Both the position numbers and the translations under genes were made by a program. Below are positions 53,880 through 62,571 of a stretch of DNA of 64,000 nt, piece after piece (within the stretch, counting starts at the first letter, position 1; every line of letters starts with the position of its first letter). The notes under the pieces were generated by a model. It had not been told where the DNA came from. It saw nothing but the letters and a program-made list of their open reading frames with translations, and did no database searches. The stretch comes from Acidobacteriota bacterium (GTDB lineage: Bacteria > Acidobacteriota > Polarisedimenticolia > Polarisedimenticolales > JBBIHH01): positions 71,060 to 135,059 of the forward strand of contig JBBIHH010000004.1 of assembly GCA_037447115.1 (NCBI GenBank). The letters run 5' to 3'.

Positions 53880-55469
53880 ATGCCAGCGTTGCTCGCTCCG
53901 TTGCGCGAGGCGTGGGACAGGCTGAGCGGGGCGCAGAGGGTGCGCCTCGTGCTGGCCGTCGTGGGGCTCGTAGGGCTCGTGTGGGGCGTGAGCCTCTACG
54001 CCACTCGCGTGCGCTACGGCGTGCTGTTCAGTCACCTCGACACGGACGACGCGGCACAAGTGATGGCGGCGCTCAGGGAGCGGCAGGTGCCCTATCGCGT
54101 GGCAGCCGGCGGGACGGTGATCGAGGTGCCCGCGCCGCGCGTGGACGAGTTGCGCATCGAGCTTGCCGGGGAGGGGTTGCCCCGCGGCGGGGGTGTCGGT
54201 TTCGAGATCTTCGACAAGCCGGCCTTCGGCATGTCCGATTTCGTGCAGAACGTCAACTACCGCCGCGCGCTGGAGCGGGAGCTCGCGCGCTCGATCCAGA
54301 CCCTGGAAGCTGTCGAGTCCGCGCGGGTCCATCTGGCGTTGCCGCGGCCGAGCGTGTTCGCCGACGAAGCGCGCGAGCCGAGCGCCTCGGTGATCGTTCG
54401 CTTGCGCGGCGGGTCCGCCCTGCCCTCGGAGCAGGCGCGCGCCATCGCGCACCTCGTGGCGAGCGGTGTGGACGGATTGGAGCCGCGGCACGTGAGCATC
54501 GTGGACGCCCAGGGCCGGATGCTCCACGCCGGCGGCGAGGCGGAACCGCTGGGTCTGAGCGGTTCCCAGCTCGAAGCCAAGCGACAGAGGGAGCGCGAGA
54601 TCGAGCGCACGCTGGTGTCGATTCTCGAGCCCGTCGTCGGCCGGGGCCGCGTGCGCGCCAGCGCCACCGTGGAGCTCGATTACCGGCGCGTGGAGCGCGT
54701 CGAGGAAACCTTCGACCCCGAGAGCGCGGTCGTGCGCAGCGAGGTGCGTACGAAAACACGCAGCGAAAGCGCCGGTACGGGCGGCGTGCCGGGCACGGCC
54801 AGCAACCTGCCCGACGAAGCAGGCGGCCCCGCGGCCGCGGCCCTCGGGGGTCAGGAGAGTCAATCCACGACGACGAATTTCGAGGTGGCCAAGACCGTGG
54901 AGACGATCGAGGAGCCGGTGGGCCGGATGGTGCGGCAATCGGTGGCGGTGATCGTGGACCACGCGCTCGTGACGCGCACCGACGCCCAGGGCGCCACGGT
55001 GCGCGAGATGGCGCCGAGATCCGAGGAGGAGATGAACCGCATTCGGGACATCGTGCGCGCCGCGGTGGGCTACGATGCCGCGCGGGGGGACGTGCTGATC
55101 GTCGAGAACGTCCCCTTCGAAGCCCCGCCGGAGGAGCCCGTCCCCGGGAGCGCCTCCGGTGCGTGGCTCGATCTCGTGCCGCGCGTGGCCCGTTACGCCG
55201 CGCTTCCCGCGGCGGTGCTGTTGATCATCTTGCTCGTGGTCCGGCCCGGGATCGCCGTTCTGCGCGAGCTGCGTTCCCGCGCGAGCTCGGGCACGGCATT
55301 GCCGGCCACGGTGGCCGAGCTGCAGGCGCGGCTCTCCCGGGGCGAGCTTTCGACTGGAGCGCCGGGAGCGCCCGGACTGAGGGGCCGACTGATCCAGGCT
55401 GCGGCGGAGGACCCGCAGGCGGCGGCGCTCGTCGTGCGCAGCTGGCTGCGGGAGGATCGCTCGGCCTGA
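53880..55469 (+). CDS. fliF: Flagellar M-ring protein FliF
   Basis: 529 aa. N-terminal TM segment. YGVLFSHLDTDDAAQVMAAL, GFEIFDKPAFGMSDFVQNVNYRRALERELARSI, and a second TM segment near the C-terminus. Confidence 0.95.
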   Translation: MPALLAPLREAWDRLSGAQRVRLVLAVVGLVGLVWGVSLYATRVRYGVLFSHLDTDDAAQVMAALRERQVPYRVAAGGTVIEVPAPRVDELRIELAGEGLPRGGGVGFEIFDKPAFGMSDFVQNVNYRRALERELARSIQTLEAVESARVHLALPRPSVFADEAREPSASVIVRLRGGSALPSEQARAIAHLVASGVDGLEPRHVSIVDAQGRMLHAGGEAEPLGLSGSQLEAKRQREREIERTLVSILEPVVGRGRVRASATVELDYRRVERVEETFDPESAVVRSEVRTKTRSESAGTGGVPGTASNLPDEAGGPAAAALGGQESQSTTTNFEVAKTVETIEEPVGRMVRQSVAVIVDHALVTRTDAQGATVREMAPRSEEEMNRIRDIVRAAVGYDAARGDVLIVENVPFEAPPEEPVPGSASGAWLDLVPRVARYAALPAAVLLIILLVVRPGIAVLRELRSRASSGTALPATVAELQARLSRGELSTGAPGAPGLRGRLIQAAAEDPQAAALVVRSWLREDRSA

Positions 55470-55500
55470 GGGCCGGGCAGGTCGGATCGAGGGAGTCGCG

Positions 55501-56511
55501 ATGCAGCCACAGCTTGCCGGGCCCCGCAAGGCGGCGGTCCTGATGGTGCTCATGGGGGAGGAGGTGGCGGCGAAGCTGATGCGCCATCTCCAGGAAGACG
55601 AGATCGCAGCGATCACCCGCGAGGTCGCCTCGCTGGAGGTCATCCCTCCCGAGGTCGCTCAGCAGGTGCTCGAGGCCTACTTCCTCGACGCCGTGCGCCC
55701 TCCCGAGGACCGTGGGGGCCCCGAGGTCGCGGAGCGCATCCTCGCCAAGCTCGCCCTGCCGGAAGCGTTGCGCCGCCGCTGGCTGCGCGGCGACACGGGG
55801 GAACTCGTCGAAGCGCTCGGGCCGCTGCTGGAGAGCCCGCCCCGGGCGCTGGCCAAGGCGCTGGAGGAGGAGCACCCCCAGACGCGTGCCCTGGTCGTGC
55901 TGCACCTGCCCCCGCGGCGGGGCGCGGCGGTGCTGCGCGCGCTGCCCGAGGCCGCGCGGGCGGAGACGGTGTTGCGCATGAGCGCCCTCCGGCGCGTGCG
56001 CGAGGAGGTTCTGGGCGAGGTGGCCGCGTCGCTGCGCGAGCGGCTCGGCGGTGCGGAAGCTCCAGGGGCGGAGGAGGAGGCAAGCGGCCAGAGCACCGAG
56101 CGCACCGTCGAAATCCTGCGCCGCATGCCGCGGGCCGAGGTGCGGGATCTGCTCGCGGCGCTCGAGTCGGTGGACCCGGAGCGCGCCGAGGCTTTGCGCC
56201 GCAAGCTCTTCACCTTCGAGTCTCTCGTGCAGGCGGACGACCGGGGCATCCAGGAGCTGCTGCGCAAGGTGGAGACGAAGACGCTCGCCGTGGCGTTGCA
56301 GGGAGCCGGCGAGACCCTGACGGGCAAGTTCCTGAAGAACTTGTCGGAGCGTGCCGCGGGCATGCTGCGCGAGGAAATGGAATACTCCGCCAAGGCCCGC
56401 CCCGCGGACATCGAGAGCACCCGGCAGGCGATCCTGAAGCAGGCCCTCGAGCTGGAGCAGGAAGACAAGCTTCGCTTCGAGGAGGAAGCCGAGGACGGAG
56501 CGGGATCGTGA
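55501..56511 (+). CDS. fliG: Flagellar motor switch protein FliG
   Basis: 336 aa. GPRKAAVLMVLMGEEVAAKLMRHL, EHPQTRALVVLHL, and MLREEMEYSAKARPADIESTRQAI (C-terminal torque helix region). Confidence 0.95.
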   Translation: MQPQLAGPRKAAVLMVLMGEEVAAKLMRHLQEDEIAAITREVASLEVIPPEVAQQVLEAYFLDAVRPPEDRGGPEVAERILAKLALPEALRRRWLRGDTGELVEALGPLLESPPRALAKALEEEHPQTRALVVLHLPPRRGAAVLRALPEAARAETVLRMSALRRVREEVLGEVAASLRERLGGAEAPGAEEEASGQSTERTVEILRRMPRAEVRDLLAALESVDPERAEALRRKLFTFESLVQADDRGIQELLRKVETKTLAVALQGAGETLTGKFLKNLSERAAGMLREEMEYSAKARPADIESTRQAILKQALELEQEDKLRFEEEAEDGAGS

Positions 56512-57113
56512 GCTCGCAGCTCCGCCGGGCCCGCATCATCGCCGCCCCCGAGGCGGCGGTGCGCCCGTTTCCCTCGGCCGGAAGCGCCGACGACACCCGT
56601 GGGAGCGACGGGGTGGCGTCGCTGCGCGAGCAGGCGCGCCGGGAGGGTTTCGAGCAGGGGTGGCGGCAGGCGCAGGAGACCTTCGAGGCGGAGACGCGGG
56701 CGTTCCGCCAGCAGATGGCGGCGAGCCTGGAGCGCATGGCGGGGATGCTGGAGGCCATGATCTCCGAGTACCGGGAGCGCCTGCTCGCTCTGGCCGTGGA
56801 CGTGGGCGCGCGCATCGCGCGGGCGCGCATCGCCGCGGGCGATCCGGTGGCTGCGCGCGCGCTGGAGGAGGCGCTGGCGCTGCTGCCCCGGGACTGCACC
56901 GCGCGCGTGCGGGCGCATCCCGAGGACGCGGCGGCGCTGCGCGAGCACTTCGCCGGGGTCCTCGGGGAGGGGCGCGTCGAGCTCGTGGAGGACGCGACGG
57001 TCTCGCGCGGCGGCTGCCGTGTCGAGAGCGAGGCGGGCGTGGTGGACGCCACGTTCGAGACGGCGCTGGAGCTCGCGCGCCAGGCGGTCCTCGGCGAGGG
57101 GCAGGCGCCTTGA
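56508..57113 (+). CDS. fliH: Flagellar assembly protein FliH
   Basis: 201 aa. The GTGA start overlaps the fliG stop. REGFEQGWRQA... central coiled-coil and C-terminal GGCRVESEAGVVDATFET. Confidence 0.85.
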   Translation: MSSQLRRARIIAAPEAAVRPFPSAGSADDTRGSDGVASLREQARREGFEQGWRQAQETFEAETRAFRQQMAASLERMAGMLEAMISEYRERLLALAVDVGARIARARIAAGDPVAARALEEALALLPRDCTARVRAHPEDAAALREHFAGVLGEGRVELVEDATVSRGGCRVESEAGVVDATFETALELARQAVLGEGQAP

Positions 57114-58453
57114 ACGACCTGGGCGCTCGCATCGAAGCGGCGCGCGCGCGCCTGCGCGAGGCGCGGTTGTTCCGTGCCGAGGGCAGGGTCGTGCGCGTGG
57201 CCGGCCTGGCCGTCGAAAGCCAAGGACCGCCGGCGGCGGTGGGCGAGGCGTGCCTGCTGCTCTATCCGGACGGCAAGCTCGCAGCTCGGGGTGAGGTGGT
57301 CGGCTTCCACGGCCACCGGGTCTTCTCCATGCCCACCGACAGGCTCCACGGGCTGAGCGTCGGAGCGCGGGTCGTGGCGCTCGGCGCACGGCCCAGGGTG
57401 CCGGTGGGCGAGGCACTGCTCGGGCGCGTCCTCGACGCCGACGGCCGGCCTCTCGACGGCAAGCCCGCTCCCCACGCACCGGACAGCCGCGCCCTCGAGG
57501 CCGAAGCGCCGCGCGCCCTCAGGCGCCGCAGGATTCGCGAGCCGTTCGTGACGGGGGTCCGGGCGGTGGACGCGTTCCTGACGCTCGGCCGCGGTCAGCG
57601 CGTGGGGATCTTCGCCGGCAGCGGTGTGGGGAAAAGCACGCTGCTGGGCATGATCGCTCGCCACGCCAGAGCCGACGTGGCGGTGGTGGCGCTCGTGGGC
57701 GAGCGGGGCCGCGAGGTGCGAGACTTCATCGAGGGCGAGCTCGGCGCGCGCGGCCTGGAGCACAGCGTGGTCCTCGTGGCCACCTCCGACGAGCCGGCCC
57801 TCAGGCGCATCCGCGCGGCCCACACGGCGATGGCGGTGGCGGAGTACTTCCGCGACCAGGGGCGCCACGTGGTGTTCCTCATGGACTCGCTCACCCGGGT
57901 CGCCATGGCTCAGCGCGAAGTCGGACTTTCTCTCGGGGAGCCTCCTTCGAGCAAGGGATACCCCCCTTCCGTGTTCTCCCTGCTCGCGCGGCTCGTGGAG
58001 CGCGCCGGTGCGGTGGAAGGCGGCGGCGCGATCACCGGGATCTACGCGGTCTACGTCGAGGGGGACGACCTGGCCGATCCCATCGCCGACGCGGCGAGGA
58101 GTCTTCTCGACGGTCACCTCGTTCTGTCCCGCGACCTCGCCTCGCGCGGGCACTACCCTGCGGTGGACGTGCTGGCCAGCATCAGCCGCCTCATGCCGCG
58201 CGTGGTCGGGCAGGACCACGCCCGCGCCGCCGAGACCGCGCGCCGGTGGCTGGCGGCCTACCGCGCCGCGGAGGATCTCGTGTTGCTCGGGGCCTACAAA
58301 GAAGGCACGGACCCCGACGTGGACCGCGCGTTGAGGGCGCGCGCGGCCATGGAGCGCTTGCTGCGCCAGGGGGCGGAGGACGGGGCCAGCTTCGAAGAGA
58401 CCCTGGAGCGCCTGAGCGAGCTCCTCGCCGCCGGCGAGGGAGGCAAGGCGTGA
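57110..58453 (+). CDS. fliI: Flagellum-specific ATPase FliI
   Basis: TTG at 57110 overlaps the fliH stop. GQRVGIFAGSGVGKSTLLGMI (Walker A), VVFLMDSLTRVA (Walker B), GSITGIY-like AITGIYAVYVEGDD, and HYPAVDVLASISR. Confidence 0.9.
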   Translation: MNDLGARIEAARARLREARLFRAEGRVVRVAGLAVESQGPPAAVGEACLLLYPDGKLAARGEVVGFHGHRVFSMPTDRLHGLSVGARVVALGARPRVPVGEALLGRVLDADGRPLDGKPAPHAPDSRALEAEAPRALRRRRIREPFVTGVRAVDAFLTLGRGQRVGIFAGSGVGKSTLLGMIARHARADVAVVALVGERGREVRDFIEGELGARGLEHSVVLVATSDEPALRRIRAAHTAMAVAEYFRDQGRHVVFLMDSLTRVAMAQREVGLSLGEPPSSKGYPPSVFSLLARLVERAGAVEGGGAITGIYAVYVEGDDLADPIADAARSLLDGHLVLSRDLASRGHYPAVDVLASISRLMPRVVGQDHARAAETARRWLAAYRAAEDLVLLGAYKEGTDPDVDRALRARAAMERLLRQGAEDGASFEETLERLSELLAAGEGGKA

Positions 58454-58905
58454 GCGCGCGGCACGAGAGGCTAGGGCGCCTCGTGCGACTGCGCCGCGCG
58501 ACTCACCGCCTGGCGCGCACGGAGCTGGCGGCGCGGCTCGCGGACGAGCGAGCGGCAGAGGCCGGGCTCGAACGGGCATCCGAGACGACCTCCGCCTGGG
58601 CGCGGACGCTTCTCCGTGAAGGGGAGGTGCTGGAGGGGCAGGGGCTGAGGGACGGCGCGGCGTGGCTCGGCGAACTCCAGCGCTGGCGGGAGGCGGCCGA
58701 AGCGGCGCGAGAAAGGGCCGCCCAGGAGGCGGGGCGGGCGGCGGCGCGCTACGGCGAGGCGCGGCGGCAGTTGCACGTGGTAGAGCGGCTGCAGGCGCGC
58801 TGGCGGGCGGTTTGGCTGGGCGAGCGGGACCGCCGAGAGCAACGCTGGCTCGACGATCTGTACCTGTCGGGTTGGTCGGGCGGCGGGAGAGGAGAACGGC
58901 GATGA
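58450..58905 (+). CDS. fliJ: Flagellar export protein FliJ
   Basis: 151 aa coiled-coil protein. The GTGA start overlaps the fliI stop. Positional and compositional match to FliJ (…RYGEARRQLHVVERLQARW…). Confidence 0.7.
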   Translation: MSARHERLGRLVRLRRATHRLARTELAARLADERAAEAGLERASETTSAWARTLLREGEVLEGQGLRDGAAWLGELQRWREAAEAARERAAQEAGRAAARYGEARRQLHVVERLQARWRAVWLGERDRREQRWLDDLYLSGWSGGGRGERR

Positions 58906-59540
58906 AAGCTTGCGCGAGAGCGTTGCTGGCGTCGGTGCTGGTGGCCGATCTCGTGGTGGTCGTCGGTTTGGCGGGCGGCGCGGTTTCGGGGCTGGGCGTG
59001 TGGGCGGACGAGGCGGCGACGGAAAGCACGGGCACGCTGTCCGACGAAAACGCGCGAGAAGGCCCCCTCCCCCAGGAGGCCGAATCACTTGCCCGCCTGG
59101 GGCGGGAGTTGGCCGAACGCCTGCGCGAGCTGGAGCGACGGGAAGCGGAGCTGGCGGAGCTCGGGCGCGCGGAGGAGGTGCTGCGCCGCGCCGGCATCGT
59201 TCCCGTTCCGGATGGGCCCGATGCCGGCGAGGACGCTTCTTCCGAGGTCGCACGGACGGAGGCTGCGCAAGCACACGCTGCCGGTCCCAGCGCGTTCGAT
59301 CGGCTCCGCCGCGCCTACGAGAACATGGAACCCGACACCGCCGCCCAGGCGCTTTCGGCCCTCGCCCGGAGGGACCGCGAAGCGGTCATCGCGCTGCTTG
59401 CCGCGTGGAACCCCCGCGTCTCGGGAGCCATTCTCGATGCGCTGACGCGTGCCGATGCGGCCCTCGCCGCGGAGCTGTCCTACGAAGTCTGGAAGCGAAG
59501 CGGCAAACCCGTGCCCGAGCTGGCCAAAGCCGGCCGCTGA
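58902..59540 (+). CDS. MotE/MgtE-N-domain flagellar protein (FlbB/YlxF-like)
   Basis: 212 aa. N-terminal TM segment, then a coiled-coil. YENMEPDTAAQALSALARRDREAVIALLAAWNPRVSGAILDAL is the MgtE_N-type motif. The ATGA start overlaps the fliJ stop. Confidence 0.7.
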   Translation: MKACARALLASVLVADLVVVVGLAGGAVSGLGVWADEAATESTGTLSDENAREGPLPQEAESLARLGRELAERLRELERREAELAELGRAEEVLRRAGIVPVPDGPDAGEDASSEVARTEAAQAHAAGPSAFDRLRRAYENMEPDTAAQALSALARRDREAVIALLAAWNPRVSGAILDALTRADAALAAELSYEVWKRSGKPVPELAKAGR

Positions 59541-59591
59541 CGATCGGCCGCCCTGGAGCGAAGCCGGCGGGTCCGAGCCGACGCCGATCCT

Positions 59592-59607
59592 TGGCACGCC
59601 TCCTGCT
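59592..59607 (+). promoter_or_regulatory. Sigma-54 promoter-like site upstream of fliK
   Basis: TGGCACGCCTCCTGCT. GG at 59593-94 and GC at 59605-06 (GG-N10-GC). A GGAGG Shine-Dalgarno sits at 59621-25 and the ATG at 59630. Confidence 0.6.
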
Positions 59608-59629
59608 GCCCACGGGCCGCGGAGGTTCC

Positions 59630-61660
59630 ATGGGCGACTTTTTCGCGTGGCTGCTCCGACCCTTCGCCCCGACCGGCGGCGGCGCGCGACCCGACCCGGA
59701 GAGGATGCACCGATTTCTCCCTGAACCCGAGGGTTACGCCCCGTTCGCCGCTTGGCTCGAACACCGTGTCGGGGTGCAGAGGCTCTCGCCCGGTGCCGGA
59801 GCGCCGCTCGTCTCGCCGGCCCGGTCCGCTTCCGCAAACCTCCACGCTACGGGCGCCCGTGAGGAGGAGCGACCCGAGCGCTCATCCGCGGGCGAGCTCT
59901 CTTTCCCGGCGGATCTGCTCGCGCGTCCGCTCGTGCCGCCGCGGGTCGGGGCGCCCGCCACCGGTGCGGCTGTTCCGCCTGCGGGGCAACCTCCGGAGCA
60001 CAGCGCCGGGGTTCTCGAGAATAGCCCGTTCTTCCCTGAGGCGAACAGCACCTCCGGCCCGGTGCCTCGCGAGATGGGTACGAGTGCTCCGGCTGCGCCT
60101 GGAACTTCCGTTTCTCTTCCGGGAGCGGCGGTCCCTGGGCAGCCGGCGCTCGAGCGAGACCTCGGGGTCCGCGCGTTCGAGAACGACAGCGAGGGTGGCG
60201 GAACGCAAGAGGCCACTTTCGCACGGGCGCTGGCGATGGCGCATACCTTTCCGGCCCCCGCGCCCATGGAGGCTCTTGCGCAAGGGGCCCGCGGTGCCGA
60301 AGCGGCGTTTCCGGCTCGCGAAGCGAGCGTGAACGGTCCAGGTGCGGCAGGCCGCCGCGAGGGGGCGGATCGCGCCGCGCGGGGGCAGGACCGCCCTGCG
60401 GCACTGGCGCCGAGCGTGCCCTCCCCACCCGAACCGTCCGCTCCGGCGATGGACGGTCTCGGGATGTTCCCGGGGTTGAAGCCCGACGCTCTCGCCAGCC
60501 TGTCCCCCGAAGCTTTGCCTCCCGAAAGGACCGCTCGGGCGGATGCGCCGCAGGAAGAGCGCATCGTGAATGCCGCGTCGCGGGGCCCCGCCCTGGGGGT
60601 CGATCGCTTTTCTGCGCTGCCGGAGCGGGCGACCGCAGCTCCCCACACCGAAGCGCTCGGAGGCGAAGGGCTCCGCGAACGCACGGACCGACCCCGGGAG
60701 ACTTCCGCAGAGGACTCCGGCCCCGACAGCCGGGCCGCCGCGTCGGCTTTTCTTGGCCATCGCATGCACCCGAACCGGCGGACCTCGCGATCGCTCGCTC
60801 TGGAGCCGTTCGGGGAGGCCGCGGAGGCCGTTTGGCGCGGGCAGGGGACGGACGCGACCGAGGCTCGCTCCTTTCTGGCCGATGCGCGGCACGTCGCGAG
60901 GTCTTCCGAAGCAGGCGAACCCGCGAGCGCCCTCGAGGCGCCTGCGCGCCCCAGGCCGCGCTTCACGCCGGCTCCACCGGAGCTGGCGAAGCCGGGGCCG
61001 CCGCGCGCCGCCGAGCGCGAGGCTCCCTCGCCGGAAAGCGTTCCCGAGAACGAGCCGCCCGCCGCCAGCGCTCCGGAGCGGAGAGAAGCGGGCGCGCAGG
61101 ACAGGGCGCGAGCCGTCTCGGCGGTGCGCGCCACGCCCGCCGGCCCGGAGCCCGTGAGCGGGTCGTCCGCGGCGCGTTCGATGCCGCCCCCCTTCTGGGC
61201 GGGGGAGCCTTCGGCGCCGGTTCTCGCGAGCGGTCACGAAGCGCTGATCCGGACGATTCTCTCCCGAGCGCGGCTGCTTCTACCCGAAGGGGCGGTGGAG
61301 CTCCGCTTCCGGCTCGAGCCCCCGGAGTTCGGCGCGCTGCGGGTGCGGCTTCGAGCGCGAGGCGAGCGCCTGCGCGTCGAGATCGTGGCGCAGCATTCGG
61401 GGGCCCTCGAGGGCCTGCGCGCCGCCGCATCGCGTTTGGAGCAACAGCTTCAGGCGGCGGGCTTTCGGGACACCGAAGTGTGGCTCGCCCACGGCGACCA
61501 GCAGGAACCGCGCGAGCGGCACGCCGCCGGCGACGAGAATCCCGCACGAGTCTCGCGCCTCGGCCGAGGCCGGTGGCCGCCGGCGACGGGCGCTGCGGCG
61601 TCCGCCGAGCGCGGCTCCGAGGCGCTCCATGAGCGCTCGCGCCTGAACCGTCTCGTCTGA
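59630..61660 (+). CDS. fliK: Flagellar hook-length control protein FliK (long Pro/Ala-rich N-terminal region)
   Basis: ATG at 59630. The C-terminal Flg_hook-type domain ELRFRLEPPEFGALRVRLRARGERLRVEIVAQHSGALEGLRAAASRLEQQLQAAGF. The ORF-track start at 58910 is over-extended. Confidence 0.75.
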   Translation: MGDFFAWLLRPFAPTGGGARPDPERMHRFLPEPEGYAPFAAWLEHRVGVQRLSPGAGAPLVSPARSASANLHATGAREEERPERSSAGELSFPADLLARPLVPPRVGAPATGAAVPPAGQPPEHSAGVLENSPFFPEANSTSGPVPREMGTSAPAAPGTSVSLPGAAVPGQPALERDLGVRAFENDSEGGGTQEATFARALAMAHTFPAPAPMEALAQGARGAEAAFPAREASVNGPGAAGRREGADRAARGQDRPAALAPSVPSPPEPSAPAMDGLGMFPGLKPDALASLSPEALPPERTARADAPQEERIVNAASRGPALGVDRFSALPERATAAPHTEALGGEGLRERTDRPRETSAEDSGPDSRAAASAFLGHRMHPNRRTSRSLALEPFGEAAEAVWRGQGTDATEARSFLADARHVARSSEAGEPASALEAPARPRPRFTPAPPELAKPGPPRAAEREAPSPESVPENEPPAASAPERREAGAQDRARAVSAVRATPAGPEPVSGSSAARSMPPPFWAGEPSAPVLASGHEALIRTILSRARLLLPEGAVELRFRLEPPEFGALRVRLRARGERLRVEIVAQHSGALEGLRAAASRLEQQLQAAGFRDTEVWLAHGDQQEPRERHAAGDENPARVSRLGRGRWPPATGAAASAERGSEALHERSRLNRLV

Positions 61661-61820
61661 ACCCGAGCTCGTCCCCTAGCGAGCCCCGCCATCGACAGCC
61701 ACGGTTCTCGCGGTGTGCGCGCTCAGGGTTGCGGAGGTCGCTTGCCGCGCCGCGGCAAGCGGATGCCGATCGCAAGAGGCGAGCCGGGGAGCATGGCCCA
61801 GCGTGGCGCGAGCGCGCCCT

Positions 61821-61836
61821 TGGCACCAAAGCTGCT
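61821..61836 (+). promoter_or_regulatory. Sigma-54 promoter-like site upstream of flgD
   Basis: TGGCACCAAAGCTGCT. GG at 61822-23 and GC at 61834-35 (GG-N10-GC). AGGGAGGA lies at about 61855 and the ATG at 61870. Confidence 0.6.
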
Positions 61837-61869
61837 CTTCGCACTGCGCGAGCTAGGGAGGATGACGCG

Positions 61870-62559
61870 ATGCTCGACCCGTTGAATGGCAGCGTCGCCG
61901 GCTCGGCGCCGCAGCCGAGCGCGAGCGCGCCCCCATCGCTCGGCGAGCTCGGCCGGAGCGATTTTCTCCGATTGCTCATCGCCCAACTGGAACATCAGGA
62001 TCCCCTCCAACCTGCCCGCGACCGCGAGTTCGTCGCCGAGCTCGCCACGTTCTCGAGCCTCGAGCAGTTGATCGGCGTGAATCAGAATTTGCGCCAGCTG
62101 GCCCTGGCCCAGGCCACCTTGGTCAACGCGCAGGCGCTCAATCTGATCGGCAAGGAGGCGCTGGTGGAAAGCGGGGACACGATCGAGGTACGCCGCGGGC
62201 TGCCGAGCCGCCTCGTTTACGCCTTGCCCAGGCCGGCGGCGCGAGCGACGCTCACCATTCTCCGGCCCGACGGCAGCCCGCTGCGCGTCTTCGAGCTGGA
62301 GCGCACGCCCGGGGGGCGTTTCGTGCTTCCGTGGGACGGCACCGATGCGGACGGGCGACCGGTTCCCGACGGGAGCTACCGCTTCGAGGTCCACGCGACG
62401 GATCTTCAGGGCGAGCCGATGGCGCTCGCCCTGTTCCAGGCGCTTCCCATCGACGGCGTCCAGTTCGGCGCCGAGGGGGTGACGCTGGTCTCCGGCACGC
62501 AGGAGATCCCGTTCGATCGCATCGTCGAGATCCGCGCCGAAAGCGGCGCGCAAGACTGA
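61870..62559 (+). CDS. flgD: Flagellar hook assembly (capping) protein FlgD
   Basis: ATG at 61870. LGRSDFLRLLIAQLEHQDPLQP, FVAELATFSSLEQL, and the FlgD Ig-like part WDGTDADGRPVPDGSYRFEV. Confidence 0.9.
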   Translation: MLDPLNGSVAGSAPQPSASAPPSLGELGRSDFLRLLIAQLEHQDPLQPARDREFVAELATFSSLEQLIGVNQNLRQLALAQATLVNAQALNLIGKEALVESGDTIEVRRGLPSRLVYALPRPAARATLTILRPDGSPLRVFELERTPGGRFVLPWDGTDADGRPVPDGSYRFEVHATDLQGEPMALALFQALPIDGVQFGAEGVTLVSGTQEIPFDRIVEIRAESGAQD

Positions 62560-62571
62560 GGAGGGACGGCC

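Noticed and set aside
53466-59197. A 725-aa minus-strand ORF (53466-55643), a 600-aa minus-strand ORF (55677-57479) and a 995-aa minus-strand ORF (56210-59197), all opposite fliF through fliJ.
   Set aside because: They are antisense shadows of strongly supported flagellar genes, with no recognisable domains.
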